Shown: one piece after another, positions 14,507-27,915 of the stretch | Layout: every line of letters begins with the position of its first letter | Position numbering within the stretch: the first letter of the stretch is position 1 | NCBI GenBank assembly: GCA_030324005.1 | Contig: JARDVH010000001.1 | Span: 136,654,419-136,718,418 of the forward strand | DNA: 64,000 nucleotides | Direction: 5' to 3' | From: Negaprion brevirostris | Lineage: Eukaryota | Made by a program: the position numbers and the translations under genes | Notes under the pieces: generated by a model | The model's input: the letters and a program-made list of their open reading frames with translations, nothing else | The model's database searches: none | Told to the model about the DNA's origin: nothing

Positions 14507-15091
14507 CTGTTGAGATAAAACAAACTAATGAACAATTCATGAACGTTGTAGAAACATATGAAAAGTATGCCATGCAGTTATCTGGCTACACTTTTAAACA
14601 ACTCGACTGTAAGCCAGTTTCCAGGATTTCTCAACACACATGGTAAAGAAGCCATGGAAAATAGGGATGTAACAGTGCTGATGCTTAAACACTCACTGGC
14701 ATATTCCCCACCCCATGCAACTCTGTAGCATGCAACTGCAGTTAAATCGCTGTTCTGCCTGGGAAGTACTTCATGCCTTCTAGCTGCTAAAAAAGGTCAC
14801 TGGCATGAGATTTGGGAGTAAAAAGGCAACTGACCCCATAACTAGAATGAATAGTCTTTGTCCAACGTCTCCATAGAGGCCTTTTATAATTTTAAAGCCT
14901 TTGTTAAATCTCCTCTTTACCTTTTCTACTCTGGTGGAAATACTGCCAGTGTCTCATGTTCATCCTCCTACCTAAACTTTTCCATCTCTGCCATAATCCT
15001 GAAGGTAAGTTTTAAAGATCTCTGTAACTTTGATATCCTTTTTATAATAGGGAGCCCAAAAATCTCACAGGCCTAGGAATTCCTCAGAACT

Positions 15092-15358
15092 GCACGGTGG
15101 CACGCCATGGACCCGAGTTCAATTCCTGGCTTGGGTCATTGTCTGTGCGAATTCTGCATGTTCTCCCAGTGTCTACATGGCTTTCCTCCACGTCTTCCAG
15201 CTTCCTCCCACAGTCTGTACTGGTTAGGTGCATTGGCCATGCTAAATTCTCCCTCAGTGTAACCGACCAGGCACTGGAGTGTGGTGACTAGGGGATCTTC
15301 ACAGTAACTTCATTGCAGTGTTAATGTAAGCATACTTGTGACATTAATAAATAAACTA
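15092..15358 (+). mobile_element. V-SINE variant with cacagtaacttcattgcagtgttaatgtaag tail
   Basis: V core plus a distinct tail also seen at 55515-55805 and 63031-63297. Confidence 0.8.
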
Positions 15359-17567
15359 TAAGCTTTTTGCCGGAAACGTAATGCAAATGGGGTTTCCACA
15401 ACGTTTTCAGTGAACTTATGATGGAGAAGCAGGGGAGCAACGTCAAAGAAATTATAAACCAAAGCGCTCTAAATGTGGCCTATCCAATGTTTTGGATAGG
15501 CCACATTTATTGCTTCCTTACTCTGGATATATTTTGATATAAATTAAGATGTGACTTGCACTTTTTGTGGCTTTATCTGGCATTTGCACTTACAGGGAAT
15601 TAAGATACTTCAATAATTCAGTGCTAACCATACAGATCAGTGTCTTTCCAGGTAACATTTTTGGTGACTGAATCACAAACTAGATTTGGATATGCATTAC
15701 CATGACCAGATGGCTGGTGATTACACCTACTTTTATTCAATGTATTTGCTTAGCAGTTCTACCCCTCAATTGTGTTGCCATTTGTGTGTTGTATATACTC
15801 ATTACTTTTTCCACCAAAAAATAAATGACCTCCCACTGATTCATAGTAAATTGCATCCGTCAACCACCATCATTCCATTAACCTATGTTTGCCTGGAGCT
15901 TGTTTGTCAAACCCTTTACTTTTGTGCAGTCAGCAAATTTTTAGATTTTATCTCAAATTATGGATTCAGAGTTTTCCTCCAATTGTCATTCAATTGTCTA
16001 TAGTAACGTGGTACACTCTTTTTCCTTCTTGAATTTGCTATTCTAACAGCATAGTTTGCACGATAAAGATGATTGCGAAATTGTCACCAGACCACTAATG
16101 GGTTTCCTCTGTTTTTTTGCCCAACAATCTAGGAATCATGCCATCAGAGTCTGATGACTTGTTCATTTCTGATTCTGATAACTTTATATCACAACTAGTT
16201 CCTTTCCTATAGTTAGATCTGGTTCCATACCATGCTGTTGTAAATGTACACGGACACTTTCTGCATCATTGAAAACATTGCAAGGGCCGTAAATCTGTGT
16301 CTCTTCTGAAAAATAATAGTAGTAATCTTACAAATTAGACTAGAATACAGATGAGCTGAGTTCAACGCTTTACCAGTAATTGGGACAACAGCACAAACAG
16401 CAGCATGTTTGAAGGTAAGACCGTGAGACTTGATGTTTCTTCATCAAAAGTTTAACAACGAAGTGTGAGGCAAGTACACCAAATAAAAATAAGTGTATTC
16501 ACCTGCCATCTGCTCAAAGTAGGGGACATACAGCAAATCAAGTCTGGACGTGATCTGGACACCCAAAATTGTTGCCCGAATTACTTAAATGAGGTGATAT
16601 CTTAAGAACAAAAGGGTGGCTAGGGGTAAAATCGGTCCTCTCAGGGACAGACGTGGGGAATTGTGCTTAGAGGCNNNNNNNNNNNNNNNNNNNNNNNNNN
16701 NNNNNNNNNNNNNNNNNNNNNNNNNNNNNNNNNNNNNNNNNNNNNNNNNNNNNNNNNNNNNNNNNNNNNNNNNNNNNNNNNNNNNNNNNNNNNNNNNNNN
16801 NNNNNNNNNNNNNNNNNNNNNNNNNNNNNNNNNNNNNNNNNNNNNNNNNNNNNNNNNNNNNNNNNNNNNNNNNNNNNNNNNNNNNNNNNNNNNNNNNNNN
16901 NNNNNNNNNNNNNNNNNNNNNNNNNNNNNNNNNNNNNNNNNNNNNNNNNNNNNNNNNNNNNNNNNNNNNNNNNNNNNNNNNNNNNNNNNNNNNNNNNNNN
17001 NNNNNNNNNNNNNNNNNNNNNNNNNNNNNNNNNNNNNNNNNNNNNNNNNNNNNNNNNNNNNNNNNNNNNNNNNNNNNNNNNNNNNNNNNNNNNNNNNNNN
17101 NNNNNNNNNNNNNNNNNNNNNNNNNNNNNNNNNNNNNNNNNNNNNCCCACATCTTGCCTTGTCAACTCTATGGTACATATTTCAACTTGTACATTGTTCT
17201 TTCCGGATGAGAAATATCCGCAAGAACCTACCTCTTGCTTTAATTATGATTCCTTTGGGAACCATGACTTCCAGGAATACAACTACAACTTTAAGTGAGG
17301 ACTTAGAGTAAATATTAATCCAGTAATTGGTCATTGGTCCTTAAACAGCAAAAGACAATGTAATTGACTAGTAATGTGTAATGGTTTAGATGCATTATAG
17401 AGCATTTTATCCAGTGGATAAAATCCTCTTCTGCATCCAACAGTATGGACAATCAGATATTGATGACCTTGGAGACTTTGTAGCTTGATTTTCATATTAA
17501 CTTAATGTCCTGACATCTTTTGAGCCTCTGAAGCACCCATCTATTATCCATTAGGTGCAGAACCAAC

Positions 17568-17781
17568 GGGTGGGATTTCCAGCCCCTCTCCACCCCCAAC
17601 AGTATGTTTTGTAGCAGCAGAAGAGCTCATCATTGGCAGTTGGGAGATTCATCCCGTCCTGCTAACATATTCAGCATTTTGTGTGGCTTGCCCATCCCGC
17701 CCCCAGAGAACCCATTGCAAGGAGGTTGCCTTTGGCAGGACCAGAAGATCTTGCTAGCAGGAAGGGCTGGAAAATCCTACC
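17568..17781. mobile_element. MITE-like element
   Basis: TIRs gggtgggatttccagccc and gggctggaaaatcctacc; related pieces near 46680-46800 and 34258-34353. Confidence 0.6.
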
Positions 17782-18902
17782 TAATGGGATAAAAACATTG
17801 GCAAGTTTTTGAAATGATCATGAAATAACAAAAACTGCCTTTCAGTATCCACTCCAAAAAAAACTGCCCCTCTTACAAACACACAGAAAAAATCCCAGGT
17901 ATTCATTCTCCCAATGAAAAATACTTTAATCCATTTATCTCCTAATCTTGCCCAAATAAACAAACAGGCATTTAAAAACCACTTCAAAGAAAGATAAATT
18001 TATTACAAAGTCAGCAAACGGTCAATGAAACAAAGCCAGCAGTCCTTTCAGAGCTGTGTAAACATTCCATTGGAAATTCTTGGAGCTCAGATACGTGTTA
18101 ATAATGAGATTACATTTCATAAATGTATCAACAGGCTGAACAGATGGCCAGACATCTGTTCTTCCAGAAAGCCTCAGCTCTAAGACTCAATCGTGGATTC
18201 ACAACTCTGAAGGGGACCATTAGCTTTGTTTCTCTAATAGTTTGGTGAGCTTGCAGTAAGTTTATTTTCTCTGATTTATTTGGGACAGGATGAAGAGATT
18301 CGTGAATTAAAAGTATTTTTCAATGGGTATGATTTATTATTTCATAAGCTTTTAAGGGGAGCAATTTTTTTTCAAGAGGATTTTTGGGAGATTGATCAAA
18401 ATGCTCATGGTGTTGTAATAACGACTATTATTATTATATGCTATAATTATGGTTCATGAGTTTTGTACCAAATAAATGTTGGGAGATACTGGGGAGAGTG
18501 CATGGGAATTGAGGAGACATGGAGGATGTAGCATGGCAAGGTCTACAGGGCCTATTAACTGCGAATAGAACTGGACTAACGTTCCAGCAAACAAAGGCCA
18601 AAACTTTTAACCTGCCAACCTTATCATACTCAACTTCTGATGCTGCCTTGAGTCTGCCTTGGGCAACAGTAGCCCCAACTCCAGCCCACACCCAAGTCTT
18701 GGAGACCAAAATTTCAGGTAAATGGGCTGACTTTCCAAAGCCAGGAATGCAACGTCAGGAAATAACCTGACTCTCACTTCCCAAACTGGAGACGAAAATT
18801 CAACCTAAAGTGTCATTTAGTAGCGATCAATTGTGTCCTCTCTAGAATCAGCAACAGTCAGCACCTTTCACGGATGCAAAGTTCGATCAGCCAACAAATG
18901 AT

Positions 18903-20000
18903 GGGAGGATGATTCTCCCCACTAATTCTGACCCGCTAATTTTTTGGCGGGTCGGACCAAGAGATTTGCACATGTGCTGATTCGCAGGATTTGCACATGA
19001 GCATCTCCCAGCAACGGATATCCAGCGCGGTTGGGACCACACCAAAAACTGGCAGGAACAGCAGGTAAGTAATTTTAATCTTATTTTAATGTAATTTGAA
19101 TGCGATTATCGGGCCCGGGACTGATTCTCCAGGACTGATAGCATCTCCACCCCACGAGGGGAACTAGCAGGAGACCCCGCTGGGGGGAAGGAGGAGCCAA
19201 TCAGGGCCCATACTGGCTTGGGCAGTGCCCCCTGGGCATGGGCACCGTAGCAATGCCAGTCTGTGCTCTCTGGCATTTCCCAAGAGGCAAAGTGCCCATA
19301 TCCAGGGGGCACCTTGGCACTGCCCCCACTGGGAATTGGGTAGTGCCAAGCGGGTGGGCCTATTGGGGTGGGGGAAGGGTCGGGCTGGCTGAGGACAGAG
19401 CCGAGGGGGTGATTGGTGGGGTGGGATGTCCCGTTGCTAGTCTACCATTTGGATTGATCAGGGCTGGAGGAAGGCTAGCGATTTGGGTTGGGGAGTAGTC
19501 TGCCGGGGAGGGGGCATGTGCCACCCATTTGGAAGGGACATCTGCCTCCTCTAGGTGGGAGGGGGGCTACCAGGTTAGAGGGATCATCACTGCTTGGAGG
19601 GGAGAGGGGATTTGGAGATGGGGGTGCTCCTGGACGGACAGACGGGTGGTGGGGTTGGGGCTAGCCCGGGAATGCTTGCAGGAGCTGCGATCGGGCCATG
19701 GGGGGGTGCTGGAGGGGCATCACTGCAGGGGTCCCAGGATGGCCAGTGATCGAGCTGACCAGCAAACTGCAGGCTGACAGCTCGGAGCCACCGTGCATGC
19801 GTGCGCAGAGGCCCGGAACTGTCGGACTCTGGTGTGAATAGGCTCTGCCCCTCGTACTTTTAATGATAATCACGATTGTGACCCCTGCAGAGAACACAAT
19901 GTGGGAGATTTGCGTTTGAACTCCCACTGAAAAAATAATTGTTACTTATAATATTTTTCCTGCAAATTCAGCACTTAGAACTTTTTTGGGAAAATCACCC
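18903..20000. mobile_element. GC-rich non-autonomous element with imperfect terminal inverted repeats
   Basis: Starts gggaggatgattctcccc and ends gggaaaatcaccc; sharp GC contrast with the flanks; no credible ORF. Confidence 0.5.
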
Positions 20001-20299
20001 ATATGATATTCAGTGCTGTGTAATGAGACAATTTCATTACTGGATCAGGAATTGGATTCCGATCAAAATGTTAAAACGACCACTTGGTTCCTTTTAAACA
20101 TCTCTGGTTCTCACAAGAACCATTCAGCCACAATCAAAATGATACAAAATGAAAGTGAAATAAATTGCATGTAATCATGATCTAATGACTGCATTCAGAG
20201 ACAATAGGAAAACAAACTCTTCGAGTATTATAATTTACCATCAGCTTCAATTTTTTTTCAAATATAGTAACTTGTCAAAAAACCATTTGTGCTTCTTAC

Positions 20300-20374
20300 C
20301 TCTGCATCACACCCACTGAAGCTGACCACTGCTGAATTTTTGTCCACATCCAGTAGATCTATTGGGACATCACT
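20300..20374 (-). CDS. BBS7: BBS7 exon 12, [25 protein letters not shown]
   Basis: Acceptor gcgtag|, donor |gtaaga; 75 nt. Confidence 0.96.
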
Positions 20375-20531
20375 CTACGCAGAAACAAATAAATAGGGCA
20401 AAAGTATCAAAAGTTGTGTCCAAAATGAAACTGAATTTTAGATTTACACTTGAATACAAAAGCAAAAACGTCTTTCACATTTTTTCTCGGTAATATGTGA
20501 CTGTCCTAAACATTTGCACAGCTGCTTTTAC

Positions 20532-20724
20532 CTGGAGTAACACATTGTCAATAGCTGTCTGCACTTCCACTATAAGACTGTAGCTTGCATCATCACGATT
20601 CAGAGTAAATTTATCATTCACACTAAACACCGGCACTGCTGAAACTGTACCACTTGATTGTGCTGATTGCTGGTATTTTTCACGCTCTTGCAGCACCTTC
20701 ATCTGTAACTGCTCCAACTCTAAC
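20532..20724 (-). CDS. BBS7: BBS7 exon 11, [19 protein letters not shown]...[12 protein letters not shown]
   Basis: Acceptor cactag|, donor |gtaaaa; 193 nt. Confidence 0.97.
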
Positions 20725-23714
20725 CTAGTGAAGAAGAGAATCCTATAGTCAACTTCATACTTCGTACCAAGGAGAAGGCAAGGAGTAATGAACACTTCTA
20801 CTGAAACCTATAACAGATCCTCTTATCTGATTATCAGAGTTACAAATGCTCCAGTTTACTCATTACCAGCTATCTCTAACAGTTAGCTATATTTGAGAAA
20901 GCAATGGCATAGAATTTAAACAAAAGCCAGAATGGCAGTTTGAAATGTGAAGATCATCAAATCACTAAGCATTGGAATATGAATAAAGCCATGTTTCAGA
21001 ACGTAAGGAAGAACAAATGCCACCATGCAACATATTGTTTAAAGTGATTCTAAACTGTTATGTCAAAAACGAGGATTGATTAGTGACCTAGAATATCAAC
21101 ATCAAAATTAATTAAGTTGGAAAATTACCATAGCAAATTTGGCAAAAGTACAAACATTTTACAGTGGTCGTGAAAAGAAAGTATGGAGGGTAGATTCCCA
21201 ACTGGAACACTCCAAATAGTTCTTCAAGGCTTATCTAGCTTTGACAAAGAGTCACCTAGACTAGAAATGTCAGCTCTTTTATCTCCTCACAGATGCTGCC
21301 AGACCTGCTGAGATTTTCCAGCATTTTCCCTTTTCAGATTTGCTTTTATTTAGTTCACCGAGGTTAGTTGTTTACATGATGCTATTAATCCGAGCAGAGA
21401 TAGCCAAGACCAGGTTTAATAAAGGTATTGTAAATTATAAAAGGGTTTTGATAGCACGGAAAGGGAAAGATTCTTCTGCTTGGACAGTCTGTGACAAGGG
21501 GGTATCAATTTAAAACTACTACAAAGATAAGTTTGGAAAAAACACTGGACAAAAATTTTTGGAAACATGGAATTATTTGTCTCAGCCATTCCTTGTGACA
21601 AAGATAATTGCATTTTTAAGGGAAAATTAGATAAACACTTCAAATAGAAATTTATTTGATTTGGATTATTAAAGCCCTGGCATAGATGTAATGGCTGAAT
21701 GGCCATCAATACCACCAAATTCTGATGTTTCACTTGTATCTTGTAGACGTGACAGAAATGAGCACTACTGCATTAATACCTTAAAAAATTGATGGGCTGG
21801 GTAACTGAGGTTCGTTAGTACACTAATGGTTTAAAATAAACTGCCATCTCAATCCCAATTTCAATGATGAAAAAGCATGATTATAAAAACATTGTTCAAC
21901 ATTACACAAAACTGGTTTATAGCTTGAAGGCCCCACCCATATCTAATCTAAAAATTGCTGTAAAAGGAAAAAAAACAGAAAATAATGGAAACACGCAAGA
22001 GACAGGTAGCATCTTTAGAGATAAAAACAGAGCTAATGGCCAGAATATTGATCGAAGGCCTAAAGTCCCATCACAGTGACTGAAAGAGGATCCAAAGTCC
22101 ATGTGGTTTGGCAGCGTGATACTGGATGGGTTTTAAGTAGCGGCAACCAATTAAGAAGCTATCACTGAGGCTGCTGTCCAATTGTGGACAGCAGCCTAAC
22201 TCTAAGAGCTGCCAGCCCAATCAGAAGGCTGACAGCTCAGCAATGCCACCAATAGAGGTGGCCAATGCCAAGGCTGCAGGGAAAAGGAGAAAACTCTTCT
22301 ATGTTCTGGTGTTCTCGAGGATCAAATACACGTTGTTTTAATGTGCTAAGGCTAGGTAGATCTGCCTGGGCTACCATTTCAGCCTGGGAACTCCGCTGTG
22401 AGCTAAAGAGCAGCCATAAAAGAAGACATCCCCTTCTGCCCCTCAGAAACCCATTGGGAGACTGCTTTGAAATACCTAGCATCTTCTGAAAGGATGGAGG
22501 TTGGTTCCTATGTTGGTAAAGTGGTGGAGGTTGGTTCCTATGTTGGTAAAATGGTGGAGGATGGGGGAAGCGGTCATTAATTGGCTGCCAGATTGCTGTC
22601 TTGCTGTCAGTCTGGCTTCAGAGAATATGTCGTGGTGCAAGGAAGAATTTGGGTTTCCCTATTGACACTTTCCACTGCCATTTTACCAGCCCTCATTGAT
22701 AAACACACAGATGTGTATCCAAGTTGCAATACAATCAGGCTCCGAGGCCAAGAATCCCTTGATCATATAGTCTTCTGATATACAATGTCCAAACACTCAC
22801 ATGGAATTGTCAATTACATAAGATGTTCCAGAACTATAAGCTCCAGTGGCATTGCAAGCTACAAAAAATAATGCAGGAAATTGACAAAATATTTCACAGA
22901 AATTTATCAAGCTGCTTCACTGATACTGAGGAAAACCTGAAATTTAACATTTTTTACACATTTGTGGGATGTGGACTTTGATGGCTAGTCCAGTATTCAT
23001 TGCCCATCTGCAATTGCCCTTGAGGGTAGTGGTGAGTTGCCTTCTTGAACTGCTACAGTCCCTGTGGTGTAGGTATACCACAGTGCTGTTACAAAGTTCC
23101 AGGATTTTGACTCAGTGACAGTGAAGGAATGGTGATATATTTTCAAGTTAGGAGAATGAGGCTTGATGGGGAAGTTCCAGGTGGTGGAATAAATTAGCTG
23201 GATATGAATAAATATATTAGGTGGAATAAAGCAATCAAATTATAAAGATGAATAGTACCATGTCTGCAGTAAGTGCAGGTTGCTGGAGGAGCTCCAGCTC
23301 AAGGTAGATGAGCTGGCCTCTGAGCTACAGACANNNNNNNNNNNNNNNNNNNNNNNNNNNNNNNNNNNNNNNNNNNNNNNNNNNNNNNNNNNNNNNNNNN
23401 NNNNNNNNNNNNNNNNNNNNNNNNNNNNNNNNNTCTTATTGAATGGCGGGGCAGGCTCGAAGGGCTAGATGACCTACTCCTGCTCCTATTTCTTATGTTC
23501 TTATGTTCTGCTGCAGGAAAGGATTCTTGCTCAATGGAGCATAGATTGAAGAATTGGATGTGAGGTGAGTACACATGATTCATTCCAATTCTGATTGAGT
23601 TTCTGCCAAGTAAGCTTCTGAATTAACAGTAGAGCCACATAAGACATATCTTAATATGTTTCAGTGGTACAGATTTGACTTGCCCTGTATCTTTAATATT
23701 TAACATATTGAGTA

Positions 23715-24570
23715 GTGTGTTAGGGTAACAGAATGGAAATCCCAAAGTATGTTATGAAACCAGTCTAGACGCTAACTGTTTTTTATATTTTGGCATTACC
23801 GTGAGGATAAGGTGTTTCACTCCAGGTCTATTGACACACTAGGAAGGTTTTATCAAAACAAACTTAACGATACAGTTTAACCGTAAAAAAATGAATTATC
23901 TGAACATTTACCGATTCAACAATACTTAAAGATGACAAGATGCAGTTTTTAATTGCTAACCTATCCCAATTAGTTTCAAATCACCAATTCAAGCAATATT
24001 CCTCTTATGAGCTTAAATTCCTTTTCAAAATCAGTTAGCAACACACAGGCTTAACATGCTTGTACTTGGGTTGCCAGTCCTCATTTTTCCAGAATACCTC
24101 TGGGGGGAGAGAGAGAGAAAGTGATCTATTTCTCATTGCAGGTCCCAAACAGCAGCCTCCAAAGAAAAAGAGAAATAAAGAGAGAGCCAGAGATAGAGAA
24201 AGAGAGAGCCAGAGATAGAGAAAGAGAGAGGGGGGGTGGTCTTTCAGAACACAGCACTAACTGTAAGCTTAGTTTCTCCCCTTAAGCACATGGCTGTGTC
24301 AATCAACCTAATCAAAACCCTATTCTGAAACATCAGGGGAATAACCATATAAACAAAAAAGCATTCGTTCGAATTAAAACAAACACATCCCTAACTAAAG
24401 GGCCTGTTCTTGTGTTGTAATTTTCTTTGTCCTAAAATTAATCATTAGCCTGCATTGTGAGCTGCCTGATGCCTAGACAAATCTGCAGCGTGTAAAACAG
24501 AGCTGAATTTTAAATATACCAAACAAGAAACATGATATAAATGCATTTGTTAAAGGCACAGTATCATCAC
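23715..24570. repeat. Dispersed LTR-like repeat; diverged sibling at about 25310-25990 on the other side of exon 10
   Basis: Shared blocks ttggca...gtga.gata.g...ttcactccagg, cagttagcaac and agctgaatttt. Confidence 0.5.
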
Positions 24571-24612
24571 AAGGGTTTTTTTAATATTAAAAATGGTACT
24601 AGAATTTCAGAC

Positions 24613-24715
24613 CTGATATTCATGATTCTATTCTGCATCTCATGGTTTATCTTCAGATCATCAGAAGGCCCTGCTTCTCTCTGAATTGGTTCCGTTGTTA
24701 GACCCATCACCCAGC
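24613..24715 (-). CDS. BBS7: BBS7 exon 10, [33 protein letters not shown]
   Basis: Acceptor tcttag|, donor |gtctga; 103 nt. Confidence 0.95.
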
Positions 24716-27700
24716 CTAAGAACCAAACATGTAAATAGCAACACAACAAACATTAGCTATTAAAATAATAATCCTGGTGCAAACATCCACAAACAAACTC
24801 AAGCTCAGANNNNNNNNNNAGTTCGAACTATAAAGTCTAGCATTTTTTGTATTTGGCAGATAGTTGCTACAGTACTACAACTACTAATTCATCTGAAAAA
24901 AAAACAGACTTCCAAGAGGTAACACACAGATGTGTTAGATAGGTCTACTTCTTTTGGTCAATTTTACCTTTTCATTTGATCAAATAAGGACATGCTGAAC
25001 TAAAAAGAAACATTACAAATCAGATATTATGCATTACTTCAGAATGAATTTAGCCCACCAAGCTTCTAAGGTTTCCTCACCTCGGTTTAGACTTACAGTT
25101 TTCTAATTTATTCCTCATTTCCTCACCAAATCCATCTTTCCCCCGGGACCCACACCTCCAACTCTATTCTTACTAAACTGCTGACCACTCACCTTCATTT
25201 CCCGTTCACCATGGTAGCTGATATTGTAAATTATTCCAACTTCCTAAAATCAGCTTTTATCATCCCTTACTCAAAAACACACTTCCAGTTCCTCTGCAAT
25301 ATAAACTATTATTAGGGTGCTGAATCAGAACCCCAAGCTACCTTAGGGTGCCCGACAATTTTGGCATAAATGTGAAGATAGGATGGTTCACTCCAGGAGT
25401 AATTTCACTGACAAATTAGAGATTTTTCATGGTAAAACAAATTTTATTTAATAACACAGTTTAAATGTAACAAATGAAGAAGCTTAACTATCAACAGTTG
25501 AACAATATTTAAAAATGTAAAGGAAACAACTTTAATTTCTAACTTATCACTGTTTCAATTCCAAATAAGCAACAGGCCTCTTACAGACTGAAATGCCATT
25601 TAAAATACAGTTAGCAACCATAAGTATACTTGCTATAATGAGTATAGACAGTCTTAAAGCTTTCAGAGAGAAAAAGAGTAATTCCAAGCTAGAACTACAA
25701 TTCTAATCTGCAAAAGCCTCTTTCACTCTGCTACAGATCCAGACTGCATATAAACCACATCATCGCGTGGATGTCAATCACTCTAATCAGAAATCCAGGG
25801 GAACCTAAGTAAACAAAAATCCATTAACTACTTAAAATAAACACTTGCAAGGCTGAAATGTGTAATTATCCTGCTCTCTCAGCATCTGAGATGTATTCTA
25901 TCCAAACATACCGACTACCTGTAGAATAAAGCTGAATTTTTAAGTATTCTTAAACATAAAAAAAGACATCAATTGCACTATCACAGTAATATTGCACACT
26001 CAATTTCCAATTCCTCTCCAAAGTACTTGAATGCATGACTGCCTTCTTATCCATGCTTAAACATCTACAGAAAGATTTTACCCTAGCATAAAGCTGAAAT
26101 GGCCCTTACCAAAGTCATAAAAGACATCCTCTTGTACTGTGATATATTATCCTGCCTCATCATTCTGAACCTACTTAAAGCATTTGGCAAAACTATCCAG
26201 TTTCCTCCTCTAATGTATTTCCTACATTTTCAAGCTAAGTTGGTACTATCCTTGCTGGATTTCATTCTTTTCAATTCTTTGTAGCTACAAAATATCCTAC
26301 AATAGTTTCTCTCCTCACCCTACAGTATTATCTTCCGAGTTTCACAAGAATTGATCCTTGGCCCATTCATACTTCTCATCTGCATTTTGCCACTTGGTGA
26401 CATTAGGAAGTCAAGATTCACATATATGCTGATCTCTCTCGCTGATTCTATTCTACCTCATCATCTCCTTGTGACCTATCCACTGCCTCTATATTGTCAT
26501 ACTTTTTATTCAACATCCAGTTCTGCATGAGCAAAAAATAATATTGTTTACATTTAAACAATATTAGAAATATTGAACCCTACAAGCTACATTCCTTAAC
26601 CACCAATTCCACATTTCCCTGGGCACGATCAAGTGAATAGTCAATCATGCCCTAATTTAGTCACCTCTCCTCCTTTAGTTCAATGTAAATTTTTGTCAGA
26701 TTATAATTCTGTGAAGCACCTTGGTATGTTTTACTGCAACAAAGACACTATACGAATATTGTTGTTGTTTAAATTCTCATCATTTAAAACTTCAAAAGTT
26801 TATTTTGGAATTAATATTTGTGTCAAAAAAAGATGAGTTATATAAACACTCTAGCCTTTTTAATTATGGTATTATTAGTTGCTGGTTTAATTTCTATTAT
26901 TGCCAAACTTCTTGACAATTTTAATCAGGAAAAAGCCTACCCAAATAAAACCTGTACAGCCAAAAAAAAACTATTCCTCAATTTCCTTTTCTTTAGGCAA
27001 AGAGATATCTGAAATTGCAGCTCTACAATTGATGACTATATCATGACCATTCTTCATACACTGATTTAATCAGAGTATCAGCAGACTATTTCATCATTAG
27101 AGATAACAAATCACAATCCTGTCTTAGCATTAGCTATGAGGAGAGGTTGGAGAAACTTGGTTTGTTCTTACTGGAGCGATGGAAGTTGAGGGGAGACCTG
27201 ATAGAAGTCTACAAGATTATGAGAGGCATTGACAGAGTGAACATAAGAACATAANNNNNNNNNNNNNNNNNNNNNNNNNNNNNNNNNNNNNNNNNNNNNN
27301 NNNNNNNNNNNNNNNNNNNNNNNNNNNNNNNNNNNNNNNNNNNNNNNNNNNNNNNNNNNNNNNNNNNNNNNNNNNNNNNNNNNNNNNNNNNNNNNNNNNN
27401 NNNNNNNNNNNNNNNNNNNNNNNNNNNNNNNNNNNNNNNNNNNNNNNNNNNNNNNNNNNNNNNNNNNNNNNNNNNNNNNNNNNNNNNNNNNNNNNNNNNN
27501 NNNNNNNNNNNNNNNNNNNNNNNNNNNNNNNNNNNNNNNNNNNNNNNNNNNNNNNNNNNNNNNNNNNNNNNNNNNNNNNNNNNNNNNNNNNNNNNNNNNN
27601 NNNNNNNNNNNNNNNNNNNNNNNNNNNNNNNNNNTCATAGACCAGGTAGAATGCTTTTGTTCTTTGGAAATGACTTCAACCATCAAAATCTGATAGTTTC

Positions 27701-27830
27701 GGATCTATGCTTCTGTACCACTTTAGCTAAAGCATTTGGACACAATCACTGAAGTAGTTCTTCACATTAATTTTTGTTTCATTAAAGTATAGCAAACTCT
27801 AAAAATGGAAAAGTCAACTTATTTTTTTAC

Positions 27831-27915
27831 CTGTATATGTGGCAGTCAAAACTTCATCATATCCCTCTTTTCCAACACATCCTCCTTGAATGGAAGTGAT
27901 GCTTTCAGACAAAGT
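27831..27915 (-). CDS. BBS7: BBS7 exon 9, [28 protein letters not shown]
   Basis: Acceptor ttctag|, donor |gtaaaa; 85 nt. Confidence 0.96.

Noticed and set aside
18903-20000. GC-rich block with several short ORFs, possibly an internal CpG-island promoter or nested gene
   Set aside because: The ORFs are low-information with no recognisable domain, and TIR-like ends suggest a non-autonomous transposon.
22493-22560. Direct repeat of about 28 bp (ggaggttggttcctatgttggtaaa, two copies)
   Set aside because: Simple local tandem duplication with no spacers; not an array.
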